From Paraspadella gotoi (Eukaryota > Animalia > Chaetognatha), in NCBI GenBank assembly GCA_051294375.1, contig CM119263.1:4915273-4979272 (forward strand): a stretch of 64,000 bases of DNA, given 5' to 3'. The position numbers and the translations under genes are program-made. Under the pieces are notes generated by a model, which was given only the letters and a program-made list of their open reading frames with translations, ran no database searches and was not told where the DNA came from. Below, in pieces: positions 12,201 to 25,731 of this stretch. Every line of letters begins with the position of its first letter. Position 1 is the stretch's first letter.

Positions 12201-14434
12201 GAATGCAAGTTGAAAAAATTATGAAAGTTGAAACAAATGATGCAAGTTAAAAAAATCTTAAAAAGAATAAAGATCGTCGGCTATTGCATAAAAAGAGAGA
12301 GAGACGGAGAGAGAGAAAGACCCTTGAGATGAAAGAGAGAGACGAGAGTGAGAGAGAAAGAGAAGAGAATGAAGAGCCAGAGAAGAAGAAGGAGACATAA
12401 TAAATCAAAAAAATCTTAAAAAGACCTCAAGATCGAGTCCAGAGCCCACTATCATAGAAAATATATGAAAAAAACCCGGGAATAAAACGATTATGGAAAT
12501 CCAATTTGCGGAAAATAACCAGGGGAAATTTGTTGATGTACTAGTAATTTGATTGAGGCTAATATAATTGACTGATGTAATATAATTTATTGAATGATAA
12601 TAGGAACTTTATATTGATCGCATGATAATCAATTATTGATGCGATGATAGTCATTTCACTGCTGTGATGATAGTCCATCAGTATGCGATGATTGTCATTC
12701 ATTGATTCGATGATTGTCATCATTGATGCGATTGATGAGTCAATAAAACAAACAAATGCGTGTATGAGTTGAAACGAGAGAGAGAGGAGAAAGAGAGATA
12801 GAGGAAAGAAAGAGAGGAGACAAGAGAGACGAGAGAGAGAGAGACGAGAGAAAGAAAGAAAGAAAAAGAATAAATCCACGAAAATCTCGGATGAAAATAG
12901 CGGATTTTTGTATTGAAAAACAAGCGCCGAATAAATGGCCAATAATAAAAAGTTTTAGAAGGAAAAAATAAACAGAATTTTTCAAAAAACAAACGGATCA
13001 CGCAAAAAGATCGGACAATAGGACAACACACACAGAGAGACAGAGAGGACAGACGAGAAAGAAGAAAAAGAGAGAGAGACAGCGGCGCTGCAGAGAAAAA
13101 GAGAAAGAGCATATATAAACATTAAAAAGAGAGAGAGAGAGAAGCTCTATCAGCCCCTTTACTCGTTAAATAGATCAGCATACTTTATGGCGCGCCGCAC
13201 GTAGCGTGAAAGCTAATTCTCTACCCAAAGGACCCGCGTGTTCGCCCAGTTCGCGGCATCGTTTTTTACATTAGTGAACGCCACAATTATACTAATACAA
13301 TTTTTTTGTAAAAAAAAAAGAGAGAAGGAGCAGAGAGAGAGAGAGAGAGAGAGATGAGTAAGAGAGAGAAAGAAGCTGGACAGACGCTGCAGAGCCGCGA
13401 AACTCGTTTTAGAAAGAAAGCAGTGACGGAGAAAAAGAAGAGAGAAGAGCGACATATAATTAAACGTTTTTGGTTTGTAAATAAAACACTAAACAAATAC
13501 CAATGACTTGATCATGAAACATGAGAATTCTTAAAGATCCTTGATGCATTGAAGCCAGTATATGAAAATTCAACTCCCTATGATTATCACACTTATCAAG
13601 AGAGCTCATGATTGCTAAAAAAGCGAGACCGAAAGCTAAACCGAAAAAAAAATCTTAGACAGGACGGCTTTGCCGCCTGGCCTCGATAATAGAGGATATT
13701 TATGTTTGTTTTATGAAAAATGTAAACAAAAACATTTTTAAAAACTGTCCTCGACTCAATTTTAAGGTACCACGATGATACAAGCTGAATAAAATTTATC
13801 AATTAACTCAATAATTAATTAATATCGTAGGCAGATCCGACATTGTTTGCTCAACTTGTTCATCATTAGTTCTTCTTCTTCTTTCTTCTTTCCCTCCATT
13901 TCCTTTTCTCCTTTCTCCATTTTTCTTTTCTTTCTTCCTCCCTTTTTTCTTTTTTCTCCTTTTCTCCCTTTTTCCTTTTATCTCCTTTCCTCCCTTTTTT
14001 ATATCAAAGAATCAATTCCAATCTCCCAAACATTTTTTTCGTCATTAGTTTCTCACATTTTTTAAGTAAGATTTTTTGTCCTTCAAAAGTGAATGAGTCT
14101 TGATTGCCAAAAGACTGACCAATATGCGGAAAGTGAGCTGAAGGCCGTGACATCTCACCCCCTGGGCGTGTTCTCTTCTGTGAATCCTCAAAGTTCGTGA
14201 TTCCACATCACGTCGGAGAGAGAGAGACGATGGAATCGGGTTTTTTGTTTGGGGGAAAGGTAGTTAATAAAAGATATTATAGTTTACTTACCCTTTTTGT
14301 GACGGCAGAATGAACGGAAAATGAAAAGTGGAAAGAAGAAAAGTAATTAATTAATATTTTGTATTAGCTATTATTTTACTTTGAAACTGAGGACACATAA
14401 TTCTCTCTCTCTCTCTCTCTCTCTCCTCTCTCTC

Positions 14435-14474
<40 letters not shown>

Positions 14475-14803
14475 CTCGTTCTTGCGTTATTCCCATTATT
14501 TTCGAGTTCAATGGGTTTTTTTTTAAACTGGGGGAAATATTACTCAGAGAGAGACAGTGAGACAGAGAAACAGAGAGAGAGAGAGACAATCTCTTGTCCT
14601 CCCGATTCGAAAGGCCGAATATTTTTTATTCGTCGTCGTCGTCGTCGTCGTCATCGCCATCATCGTCGTCGTCCTCATCGTCGTGGTCGCCCCGCCTCAA
14701 TAAAGATCACATATTCACGCCCCGACTCACGTCTGATGACTAATGACTTCACTCCTTCCAAGATTCTGTCACTTTTCTTTTCTCAAAGGAGAAGGCTTTT
14801 TGA

Positions 14804-14843
<40 letters not shown>

Positions 14844-15082
14844 TGCCTACAGATGCCGTCCACTCAAACGTTTTACGCCGCCTTTGCGCCTGCATCGCCT
14901 CGTCTGTTCACAGGTGCAATCAACTCTTCTGCGTCTTTGTCGTTTCGTTTTCCATCAAATTGTCTTTCCCGATCGGCTGATTTTTTCTTTTCTTTTGTTT
15001 CCTTTTCCTCTCTCTCTCTCTTTCTCTATCTCTCTCTGTCTCTCTCCCTCTCTCTATCACTCTCTCTCTCTCTATTTGTCTA

Positions 15083-15138
<56 letters not shown>

Positions 15139-16200
15139 TCCCGCGCGAAATGATGTCAAAAGATCCAGAAATTGACAAAAGAAATAAGATGAGAATCAAG
15201 GCCAAAGGGAGAGATTAGTTTTTTATCTCCAAAACGCGGGAGGGAGAGAGAAAGAGGGGGGAGGAAGGGGGGAGGAATTGAGGTAGAGAGACGCTTTATG
15301 ACAGGATGTGGGGGAGGAGGAGGAGGAGGAGGAGGAGGGAGAGGGAGACACGGATGAGTCCAGAGGTGAAATGAGGTTAGGGTCGTGCGATGATTTGAGA
15401 AGTTTTTTGGAAGGAGAGAAGAAAGAAGATGAGGAAGGAGAAAGAAGAAGAAAGGGAGGAAATATTAAATGAATTTTAAAGAATAGAGGGATGAACTAGA
15501 AATAGAAAAAAAGAAAGAAGTAGATGTGAGAAGGAGAAAAAAAAACAAAGGATAAAATGGCAGAAATAGAATTATGATATGAAAATCCGAATGAAGGCGG
15601 CGAAGGCGGCCATCTTGAATTTTTTTTACTCTGGACCGAAAGGGATTGTTTACGATAGGAAAAACAAACATAAACACCNNNNNNNNNNNNNNNNNNNNNN
15701 NNNNNNNNNNNNNNNNNNNNNNNNNNNNNNNNNNNNNNNNNNNNNNNNNNNNNNNNNNNNNNNNNNNNNNNNNNNNNNNNNNNNNNNNNNNNNNNNNNNN
15801 NNNNNNNNNNNNNNNNNNNNNNNNNNNNNNNNNNNNNNNNNNNNNNNNNNNNNNNNNNNNNNNGAGAGAGAGAGAGAGAGAGAGTGAGAGAGAATTTTGA
15901 TGAATGTGAGACGAAGATAAGTTTTCCATCACACTGTCTCCTCTTGGAGTCGCGTGGCGGAGAGAGAAGGGAAACAGATAATACAAAGGGAAGAATGGAA
16001 AGTAAGGTTAAAAAAGAAAGGAAAGATAGGTAAAAAGATTGGAAATAAAGTTAAAAAGGAAAAGAAAAGTAAGAAGCCTATAGGAAAGAAAAAAAGATAT
16101 GAAATTTGGTTTCGTTTTTCGTCCTATCTTATTCAAAACTCATTCAACTTGAATCTTTGAACATTGGATGCTCTTACCATGGACAACTGTGATAATGATA
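8370..16200 (+). repeat. Second copy of 2066-6926, interrupted by HINE copy A
   Basis: 8370-11050 corresponds to 2066-4680 and 13861-16200 to 4683-6926; indel-rich. Confidence 0.85.
11046..13860 (+). mobile_element. Non-autonomous Helentron-associated element (HINE / DINE-1-like), copy A, ~2.8 kb
   Basis: T-run, then 5' subTIR GTCGGATCTGCC (11053-11064) followed by a partial inverted repeat (AAGCAGAATCCCGGAC). GTCC microsatellite at ~11119-11250; diverged ~160-bp internal repeats at ~11275-12210; 3' subTIR GGCAGATCCGAC (13830-13841), then GTTTGCTCAA(A)C stem-loop and CTTGTT end. Flanks match the empty site CAACA-T7-CATCATTAG at 4671-4691; no TSD and no coding capacity. Confidence 0.85.
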
Positions 16201-16456
16201 TGATAATGATTATGATAAATATGATTATGAGGACGATAATGATCATAGGTTAATGATGATATTCATTCATGATAAGATGATGCTCATCAACTAGATGATA
16301 GATTTTCATGAGGAAATACAACTTAAGATATTGAGATAATTTTTCTTAAAGAGATTCCTTTTTTAAAGACGATAACGACGACGACGATGACGACGACAAC
16401 GAAACTAAAACATCAACCAAAAACCATTGTTCATTCTTGTCTTACGTCTCATTACT

Positions 16457-16510
<54 letters not shown>

Positions 16511-18185
16511 ATCGAATCAATGGATTGTATTTTGCATAATACATCGCGTTCGGAGCAAAAGTGCCGCCGACGGTTATAAAGAAAGAATAAAAAATTCGGA
16601 AATAAAAAAGAATAAGGGAATAAATTGCGTGCGAGGAGGTGTGATTGTCTCACACATAAATGCACGCGCGAACGTGTGGTTGTCTCACACATTGTCGTAC
16701 CCAAGAGTTTGCTCATTGAAATTTCATTATTTTTAACATATGCGGTTGTGCATATGTGCAGTGTGCAGATGTTTTATTTGTCCGTAATTTTGAGTCATTC
16801 ATTCGACGCTTTCAGTATGGTCTCGCCAGCGCGCCGTAACATTTTGTAAATGCAGTTTGTACACAATCTGATCGAAGTGCACGCTGGAACCATTTCTATG
16901 TGAATTCCAGGTGACCGCGCACACTGTGACCTATTCGGTGCGCACATTCTGGTGGTGCGTCGCGATTCAACCGGAGCTCGTGGGTGTGCTCGTGAAAACG
17001 AAAACAACATCGACGACGACGACGACGTCGAAGGCGTTGAGCGTGGAAGCGTTTTGTGGGCGGCGATGATGATGATGATGATGATGACGATGATTATGAT
17101 GATGATGGTGATGATGATGATGATGATAGATGAGATGAGATGAGATGACCGTCGATCGATTCGATTCGTATGACGGTTCGATGATTCTGCATTCGATGAT
17201 CCGATTACGATGATCGATTCGATTCGGTTCTGATGAAACCCGATGATTATCTCCTCTATGATGATTCTCTCTATCCTTCGTATATTTATTACTAAGGTGG
17301 CTCGTACCGCAGAAATTGTTTGTACCGGAGAGCCCATCGATTTGTTGACTGACAGTGACAGAACGAAGATACAATCTTAGATCCGAGCCATGTTCCGATC
17401 GCGGACTGCAAATGAATTCCGCCTTGTATCGCTTATTGGTTCCTTCGCATTTTTTTGATCACCGCCCAAATTCACGTTGTTTTTTTGGTATTGTATTTTC
17501 TGTAGACTGAGATTTTTGTATTTGGACTGATGACGATGATGCAACACAATACGGATGTCTGTGTATTTTCGATTCGTATCGACTGGTTCGCTGGACGTCA
17601 GAAGTAGCGAACGAAAACCGGTTGAATGCAGACACATAAAGATAGGTAAAAAAAGAGTGAAAAGAGAAGAAAATGAGAGGAAACGGGAGAGAAAGAAATA
17701 GAGGAGTATCAGATATTGAGCTCGATGTGCACCGTAAGCAGTTTTGGATACTGATCGTTTTGTTGTTTTTTTTTGTTTTTTTTTTGTTTTTTTTTCTTTC
17801 TAAAAATTGATTAAATTTTGCCTATTGCGAAATGTCCGTGTTTTTTTACGAGAACATCTGTCATTGCCTGAAGACGAAATAATCTCTTTGCTGGCTTTTG
17901 ATATCTGCCAAGTTGCTAACCATTTTTAAGAAAAAAACCTTGAACATAAATTGAATGCAACCGGACCTATCGAAACAACGACGTGGAATTCGTCTATCTA
18001 AAAAAAGTCGAAACGAAGTTTGTTTCCGGCCAGACTCGCCCCCTTGTTGCGAACGCCGAAGCGTCAGTGCACGATATCCCGATCGCATGGTCTAACGAAG
18101 ATTACCTCGGAATTCATTAATCACTCGTTAACGACTTTCCAAAAGACAAATATCTGATCCTCTGGAGGGTACGCAAGATCAACAC

Positions 18186-18255
<70 letters not shown>

Positions 18256-18560
18256 TAGAAGACAAAGATGAGAGAGTACCAAGTCAGAGAGGTAGAGAGA
18301 GAGAGCGGAGGAGAAACTGAGGGAAGAAACGGAAGGCCCTTGCGGTGAGAAACCAGCTGCCGTATGAAAGTAACGTGGTTGTTCCTTTTCACTCACATTC
18401 GAAAACCAAAGACGATCAAATGCCCAAACTCTCGACCGATGAGAAATAAAAAAACAACAACAACAATAACAATACTAAACAACAACAACAATAAACAACA
18501 TCCGTCATCGAAACCGCGATTCGCCTCTTCGCACCTCGTCCACTCAAATCGGATATCAAA

Positions 18561-18596
<36 letters not shown>

Positions 18597-21500
18597 ATTC
18601 GATATTTTTTACTTCTTTTTTATCTGGTTGTTTCCTTTCTTTTCCGAGTTGACGATTGCGCTCAGCCAAGGCTGTTGCAACGGAAGACCTCTGGCCTAGA
18701 TATATCTGCATGATATAAAATAAATCTGTTTCATATAAATCAACTCAATAAATCTGCGCAACGTAAAATTAAAATTTTCAATCTCTTAGTTTGTGCTGAG
18801 TTTTTCTCTGTTACTTCCTAGTTTGCCATTTTCTCTCTCTGTCGTCCCCGTTTTTGGTTTTCTTTTTGCCCTTTCGTGCGAACATATTTTTCTTTTTATT
18901 TTGTCTCGTTCCCCATTTTTTCTCTTCCTCATTTTTTTTTCGTTCTCCTCCTCCTCTTGCTGCGCCTCCATTAACTTAGTTAACATTCTTTGTTAGAGCA
19001 AACGTCGTTTTTCCCTTCATTACATAAGACTATGTAACAGTTCGGTTTCAGCTAAACCAATGTTCATTGTCGTTTCTCTTTCTTGGCGTCCCGTTTCCTT
19101 CTCAAGCCCGTTGTAAACCTTCCTGCCAGTTCCATTTCTCAACTTTGGTCTTTCTTATCAATTTCCACTCCAATTTCTCTCACATAATCTTTATCTATCT
19201 TTCTTCTTTTTCCATCGTAACAGCTCCTCTCCACTCTTTCTCTTCTTTCACATCTCTTATCTCTCCTTTTCCATCATATCAATTGTCTTTCTCCTATCTT
19301 CTCTTCATCTATTCCCTTTCTCCAACTACTCTTTCTTCCTCTTTCTCTATCTCCGTGTCCTTCTCTCTATGTCTCTAGACTTTCTCGCCATTTGATCTTT
19401 TTGCTTCTCTTCAGATGCAGTCGCACTCTCTCTCTCTCTCTCCCACTCTCTCTCTCCTATCTCTTCTCTTCTCCTCTTCTTTCTTTTCTCTCCCTCTTCC
19501 GCCCAGCAGAGAAAGCCACTCTCCCATAACACGAAGATCTTTCCCTCTCTGATGCAACCAGAAATCTCAATCGAAAGTTCCGGATTCTAATCCTTTATTG
19601 GCACACATTAGCAAACTGAGGGAATGCGGGGGACCTGGACTCGTAGGGAAGTGAGATTGGGAGGAGAATTTCCGAAGGAGGCTTAGGGGAGGGATTGTGC
19701 AGGAACAGTGGTACTCTCATAAGGGGGATTGCGAGTTTTAAGGGGTAGGTTTCAGGATTGGAGGGAATGAAAAGCACCCTGAGTGCGGAACTCGGGATTG
19801 AAGGAAGTGGAATAGGGGAAGGGTACTTAGGGGGGAGTCAGATGGTGAGGGGTATTTAGGGGGGGTTCGGGGAGGGGACTGAGGGGCGGAGACCTTCTGG
19901 GCGGATAGGAATGGGCTGGTACCCAGTTTTGGAAAGGACGGGGATTGGGTTGGGGGAAGGATTGCGGGGAATTGGTGGACTAGGGTGGGACAAGAGGATT
20001 CTTCTGAGGAGGAGGAATAATCAGCGGAGGGATTAGGGCAATGGGGCAGGAGATTAGGGGGTCGGATCGGATCTCACCTACAGGGGATCTTAGTTGTGTT
20101 GTATAGACTCATTGACAAAAGAGGTAATGGTTCCTCGGCTTTCCACTGTATCTCGCTCGCATTGAGGATGGGAGGGGATACATAGCGAGAAATTCAGGGA
20201 CCCGACTGTACAAGAGATTCCAGAGGCCATATGATACACCAGAGGGCGTACCAAAATATCGGAAACGGACTAGCGGTTCCTGTCCATTCGTCGCCCATTC
20301 GCGCACTGCTGTTTTCGGCAAAGATGCAATACTGTTGCCGGCGGTGAGACAGTCCAGTTTGCTGCAGCTGAACATCCGAGAAAGGCATCTACTGCCATCA
20401 CCAGAAAGATGATGAACGAGACACAATTTGGCGGAGAGGAGGAAGCGATGAGTCGACTCGAGAAGGAGTTATCGAGCAGAGGAGGAAAGGAATGGGGTTG
20501 AGTACGAGGAGTATATGAATGGCGAGTCGAGGTGGGCTGGTGCAGGTAGAGGAGAATGGTGGCGAGGCGCATCGGGGTGTTGGGAGAGGGACGAACGAGG
20601 TGATGATTAGGCGGGTAGATCTTAGACTCAGTGAGCCCTTTACGTCAAACAAATGCGTTGATCGGAAGAACAAATTGATCGGAAAAGGCAGGGAGAGTTG
20701 AGGAGCAAGGAATGAATAATTCGGATACGGTGAGAGAGGAAAGTAAGTCAACAGAGCAATAGAGACATCTGTATCTCGTAGGAGGCGTTGCTACGCCGGG
20801 CAGTGTGATATGTGTGTATCTAGTGTCTGAGGAGTTGGAGTCGTAGCACTAGATAACGTAGACAGCAAAACGCGACCCGACAGAGCAACAAGTCGAGAAA
20901 TCCGGAACCAAAGAAAGAAAAGAAAACGCTCCCCGAGGCCAAACAGGCCGAGAGTTAGCACCTTGGAAGAAACGAGGACCGCTACAGGAAAGAAAGTCTA
21001 AAATACCGACTACGCAAAATAAAGAGGGAGAGCATGATACTGGACTGATCGTTAGCGTCAGTGAGACGAACGACCGACACAGATAGGAGGTTTACAGTAA
21101 ATATAATCGAAATCATTCTGTCGGTAACTGCGAGGAATAATTCTATAGTACTGAGTAACAGTAGATTATTCCTCGCAAGACGATGGTATTAACATATTCC
21201 GCACGGAAAATAATTATATGACTAATCGACGTAATCGTATCGATAGGTTAACATCAACCTCATAAATGTTACGATCAGTGCGGCGAAAAAGAATCGGTCG
21301 TCGTCGTCTGAGTACGTCGTCGTCGTGTCGTCGGCAGAGATACGTAATCTTGAGATGAGAAAACGTAAATAAGGTTTAATCGGAGACGAGAGCCACTTTT
21401 TACCCTAACAGAACGAAAATATTCTGATACCGAGACGAAACGCTGAATTGCTGTATAGAAGATCGAATTTACGCCGGTCCTTTACCCGAGGTTATGAGAG

Positions 21501-23539
21501 AAAAGTGCCACCTGGAATCTTTTTTCACATGTATGTTAATGAAATTGAATTCAGTAGGACCGAGACACATCTCATATTATAATTCGATTAATTCCGAGTT
21601 AGAGAACCGTAAGTATACCGGCTATTTCGCCGTATCTATGTCTTTTCATAACGTATATGACTCTTAGATCCACATTTGCTTAGCTGCTCGAGCGACCTCT
21701 GTAAGACGAGATTTCGCCAGATAATTTCTGCTCGAGAAGAGCTACTTTGTCTCAAGTTGTCATATGCCATCACTTAATAATACTATGAATTCATTTTATC
21801 TATAGAGTTTTTCCATCTTTTTAACATGATAAAAAGCTTTTCTTTTCTCTATTATTCACAAGATCTACAACCAAATTTCTTTCTTCTGTTTTAGTGTACA
21901 AATGAAAATTTGCACCAATTAAATCATTTTCCTTGCCTTCCGCTGTTTTCACAAATAGGTACTCGATTCCTTATTTTTTTTTTTTCATATATTTTGCGTC
22001 TTATTTGAGTATTTTTTCTCTTAAAAATTCTTAATTATTTCAGTCTCTCTCGCCTTGCTCTACGATACTTTTACTAGGAAAAATAGTTAAGAGATTATCG
22101 AGCACCATTCTCTCTGTATATTTTTAAGTATTGTTTCATTTTAGTCTAGAGAAATATATTCTCACAAAATAACATAAGCAATACTATCGTGGTAAATATC
22201 CTTCCTCTATTCCTCATACTCCATTTGAGGATGATCGCCTCCTCATCCTCGTCATCGCGATCCACTGAGCCGTGGCCATCTGTATTGCGGCAAAATGCTT
22301 TCTCTGTATCATAGCACTTTCATTTGCCGAGGTTCATTCAGAGGTGTCAAGAACTGCGTATATCACACCTGTAGCCGCGGCAAATTCTTTTTTCACCTTC
22401 AGCTCCGCGTATCGTTTCCGCGATGCCATCGTTCCACAGTCTTTATTGCTGATGAACTCCTGATTTGCGTCTGGTCCCCCTCCTCTTTTCTCTAGAAGCT
22501 ACAATTGGGCACTGCCCGCTTTAAATATGTACACCTGCAAAGGAAAGGGCCGCTCCGTCGTCTTACAAGATTACAGGAAACAACCTTAAACCAAACCAAT
22601 ACCTATATTATCTAAAAAACATTCTGAAACAAAAATAAACGTAACTCGAATAATTGAAATAAGAAGACAACATAGACATCAATACCATCCAATCCGAATA
22701 TCATGTGGAAAACTAAAGGCGATTTTTTCTTCCCCCATTATTTTTACAATTGTCAGCGTAAGCACAATGATTATTTTTTTGCTCTAATGCGTATACGCGA
22801 TTGGAATACATTAAGCGAAAAATGGAAGGAAGCAACTGAAAGGAAATTTAAGTGTAGTAATCCACATGAACATCCTGATATTTATTTTAACAAATACGAG
22901 CAAGTTTTTTCGAAGTAGATATAATCTACTCCCAATTAATAAAATGTTTCTAACACATTTTTTCCTAGATACCGTAACTCTTTGACTACTGGTTAATCTG
23001 CTCTTCATATCTTTTCTCACTTCACATATCCTTTTGTATTTAATAGTTCATCCTTCCCTTTTTCTTTTATTTCTCCGATCTGTATTCCACTCTCTCATGT
23101 CTGGACCTTTTACGGAACTATGCGCCGCATATCCGTTCGATTGTGACCTCGGATGTTTGTCTATGTCGTTTTCGCCGTGTTGAGAATCTCTTCAAGTTTT
23201 TTCTATACTAAAACATCTTCCTCTAGTATTGTTATTTCATGTTGCTTGATTGTTTCTTGTATGGTGTACTTTATCTCGGCATTCGCTATCTTTCTCTTTT
23301 TTTTTTTTTTTCTCTTTCTTTTTTTTTCTTCTTTTCTTTGCTGTTTTCTTATTTTATTTTTATGTCGTTTGCCTTCTTCAGGTTGATTTGTTTCCTTTTT
23401 TAAGCGATTAGGTTCGGTTTGTGGTGGTTTTGTCTTTGGTTGTTTTATTTTATTTGAGAGATATTGGTTTAGCTGCGTGTTGTGGGTTGGCATAGGTTTA
23501 TTTTGGACGTCGCGGTTCGGGATGTTTTTTTCTGTTCTT

Positions 23540-24509
23540 TCCTAATTGTTAATCCCTTTCTTTGCCGCTCTATTTCTCTTATTTTTCTTTCCCGGCGTGG
23601 CTGATGCTTCTTCTGTCCGTCGGTTCTCCTTTGTTGCGTTACGTGCGGCCGTTTCCTTTCTTGTTTAATTTGCTTTTTCTTGTCTTTTTCTTTTATTTTT
23701 CCTTGTGCTTTATTCTTCTAGTAGCAGCCGAGTAAAAACGGACGGTAAGGCCGCAGTGCCTCGGGGACGAGGGTCCGGAAACTCACGGGGCGGGCCGTTT
23801 CTCGCCCATTAGGCGATAACGCCGTCAGTGGTCAGAATTAACATTTTGATGCGTGGGAGGAAACGCAGGGCGCGACGAACGGCGTGTACTTACTGAAAGC
23901 CGGTCAGTAGATGAGGAAGGAATGCTGGCTCCCTCTCTCGTCGGCTGCTCACTGTCTCATCGATCTCGGGTCTCATCGCATGCAGTCTCTCGCAGTGGTG
24001 GCACTGCAGCGGAGGCATCGGGGCGGCGGCGGTTGCTAATAGAGGGGTTGGTGGGTTGCGAGAGGGGAGAACGTTTTGGCGTGGTTTACGGTTCTATAAA
24101 TAATGTATTTGTCTTTGTGTGTGGGTCGGAGAGGTATACCGCCATGGTTGAAATTTTTTTTTTTGCTTTACCTTTCGTTGGAGGAAAATAACGAGCTTTT
24201 GTTCGGGAGAGCAGGAGTTAGATGAGAGAAGAGAGAAGAGAAGAGAGAGAGAGGAGAGAGAAGAGAGAGATGAGAGTTCAAGATGGTAATTTCGTGGTTC
24301 GCTGGCACGGAATTGCTGTGATTAAAGAAATTTTTTCGCTTGCGCATGGTGATTCGTGATCTTTGTTAATGTGACGTACCAAAATTATAGATATCATTAC
24401 AGGAGGAACAAAGGCCCGATCAAACATCGGAGGCAGAACTTCACAAAACAAAGGCTCTCGTTAATAACTAGAAGAGAGAGAGAGAGAGAGAGGAAAGAGA
24501 GAGGCGAGG

Positions 24510-24576
<67 letters not shown>

Positions 24577-25692
24577 TTTGGGTGCATTGTGTGCGCTTTA
24601 CCAGAGATTCGGTGCGCGAGAAAGAGGGAGCGACAAGAAAAAAATAAAGGAGAGAGGGAGAGAGAAGAGAGAAGAGAGAGAGAGAGAGAGAGAGAAGAGA
24701 AGAGAGAGAGAGAGAGAGGAGAGAGAGAGTGAGGAGAGAGAGAGAGTAAAAAAAAATGCACGTCCGACATGTCTTCATTCCATTGATTGTAAAGTGAAAG
24801 AGAGGAGGAGGGAAGGAGGAGGAAGGGGGTGATAAGAGAGGAGGAGGAGGATGGGATCATTACTGTTGTTAAATATTTATCGAACGCTGGCTGAGGCGAA
24901 CTTATTTTAAATGACAAACGACTAAAGATTCGAAGACTAAATTCTGCGTCAAACTTCGCTTCAGTTAAGCGAAGATAAACATTCGTAAATGGGACAGAGA
25001 TGGAATGGATGATGGATGGATGGATGGATGGATGGATGGATGGATGACGGGGACTGGATGGTTGATTGATGGTTGGTGGATAGTTTGGATGGATGGATGG
25101 ATGGATGGATGGATGGATGAGATGATGGATGGATGGACTGGATGGATGGATTGTATGGATGAATGGGGATTGGGAGACATGGATGGATGGATGAATGAAT
25201 GGTATGCAATAGATCGAATGGATGGTTGGATTGGGTGATGCTGTTTGAATAGAATAGATAATTGGATTAATTTTGGATCAGTTAGATGACAATGGATGGA
25301 TGGTATATGGATGATTGGATAGTGGCTTTGAGACGAAAAGTCCTTATTAATAAGGTCCACCTCACTCTCTCTCTCTTTCTCAGTCTCTCTTCCTCATTCT
25401 CCTTGCTCCGCGTCCTCCCTCTCCACCTATCCTCTCTGTCTCTCATCTCTCGTCCGTTCCTTTTGATAGGATTATGAGTTGTTGCGACATTCCCAAAGAC
25501 TTACTTAACAATTCATCCACACAATAAACAACTTTACTGGGGTCATGGAGACTGTTCGTCGTCGACGTCGTTGCTGTCCACCATGGTTATCTGGAATCGT
25601 TTTTATGTCCCGTCTTAGTCTTTGGCTTATAAAAGGCCTTGTATTAAAAAAGAAAGAATAGAAAGAGAAAGAAAGGAAAGAAAGAAAGAAGC

Positions 25693-25731
<39 letters not shown>

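Noticed and set aside
16800-16990. Possible miRNA or structured RNA (GCGCAC...GTGCGC stem)
   Set aside because: The stem is short and I recognised no conserved miRNA, tRNA or snRNA sequence.
19600-23100. Higher-complexity sequence that might hide TE or gene coding fragments
   Set aside because: Apparent raw-read error level breaks all frames; no recognisable RT, transposase or helicase motifs.
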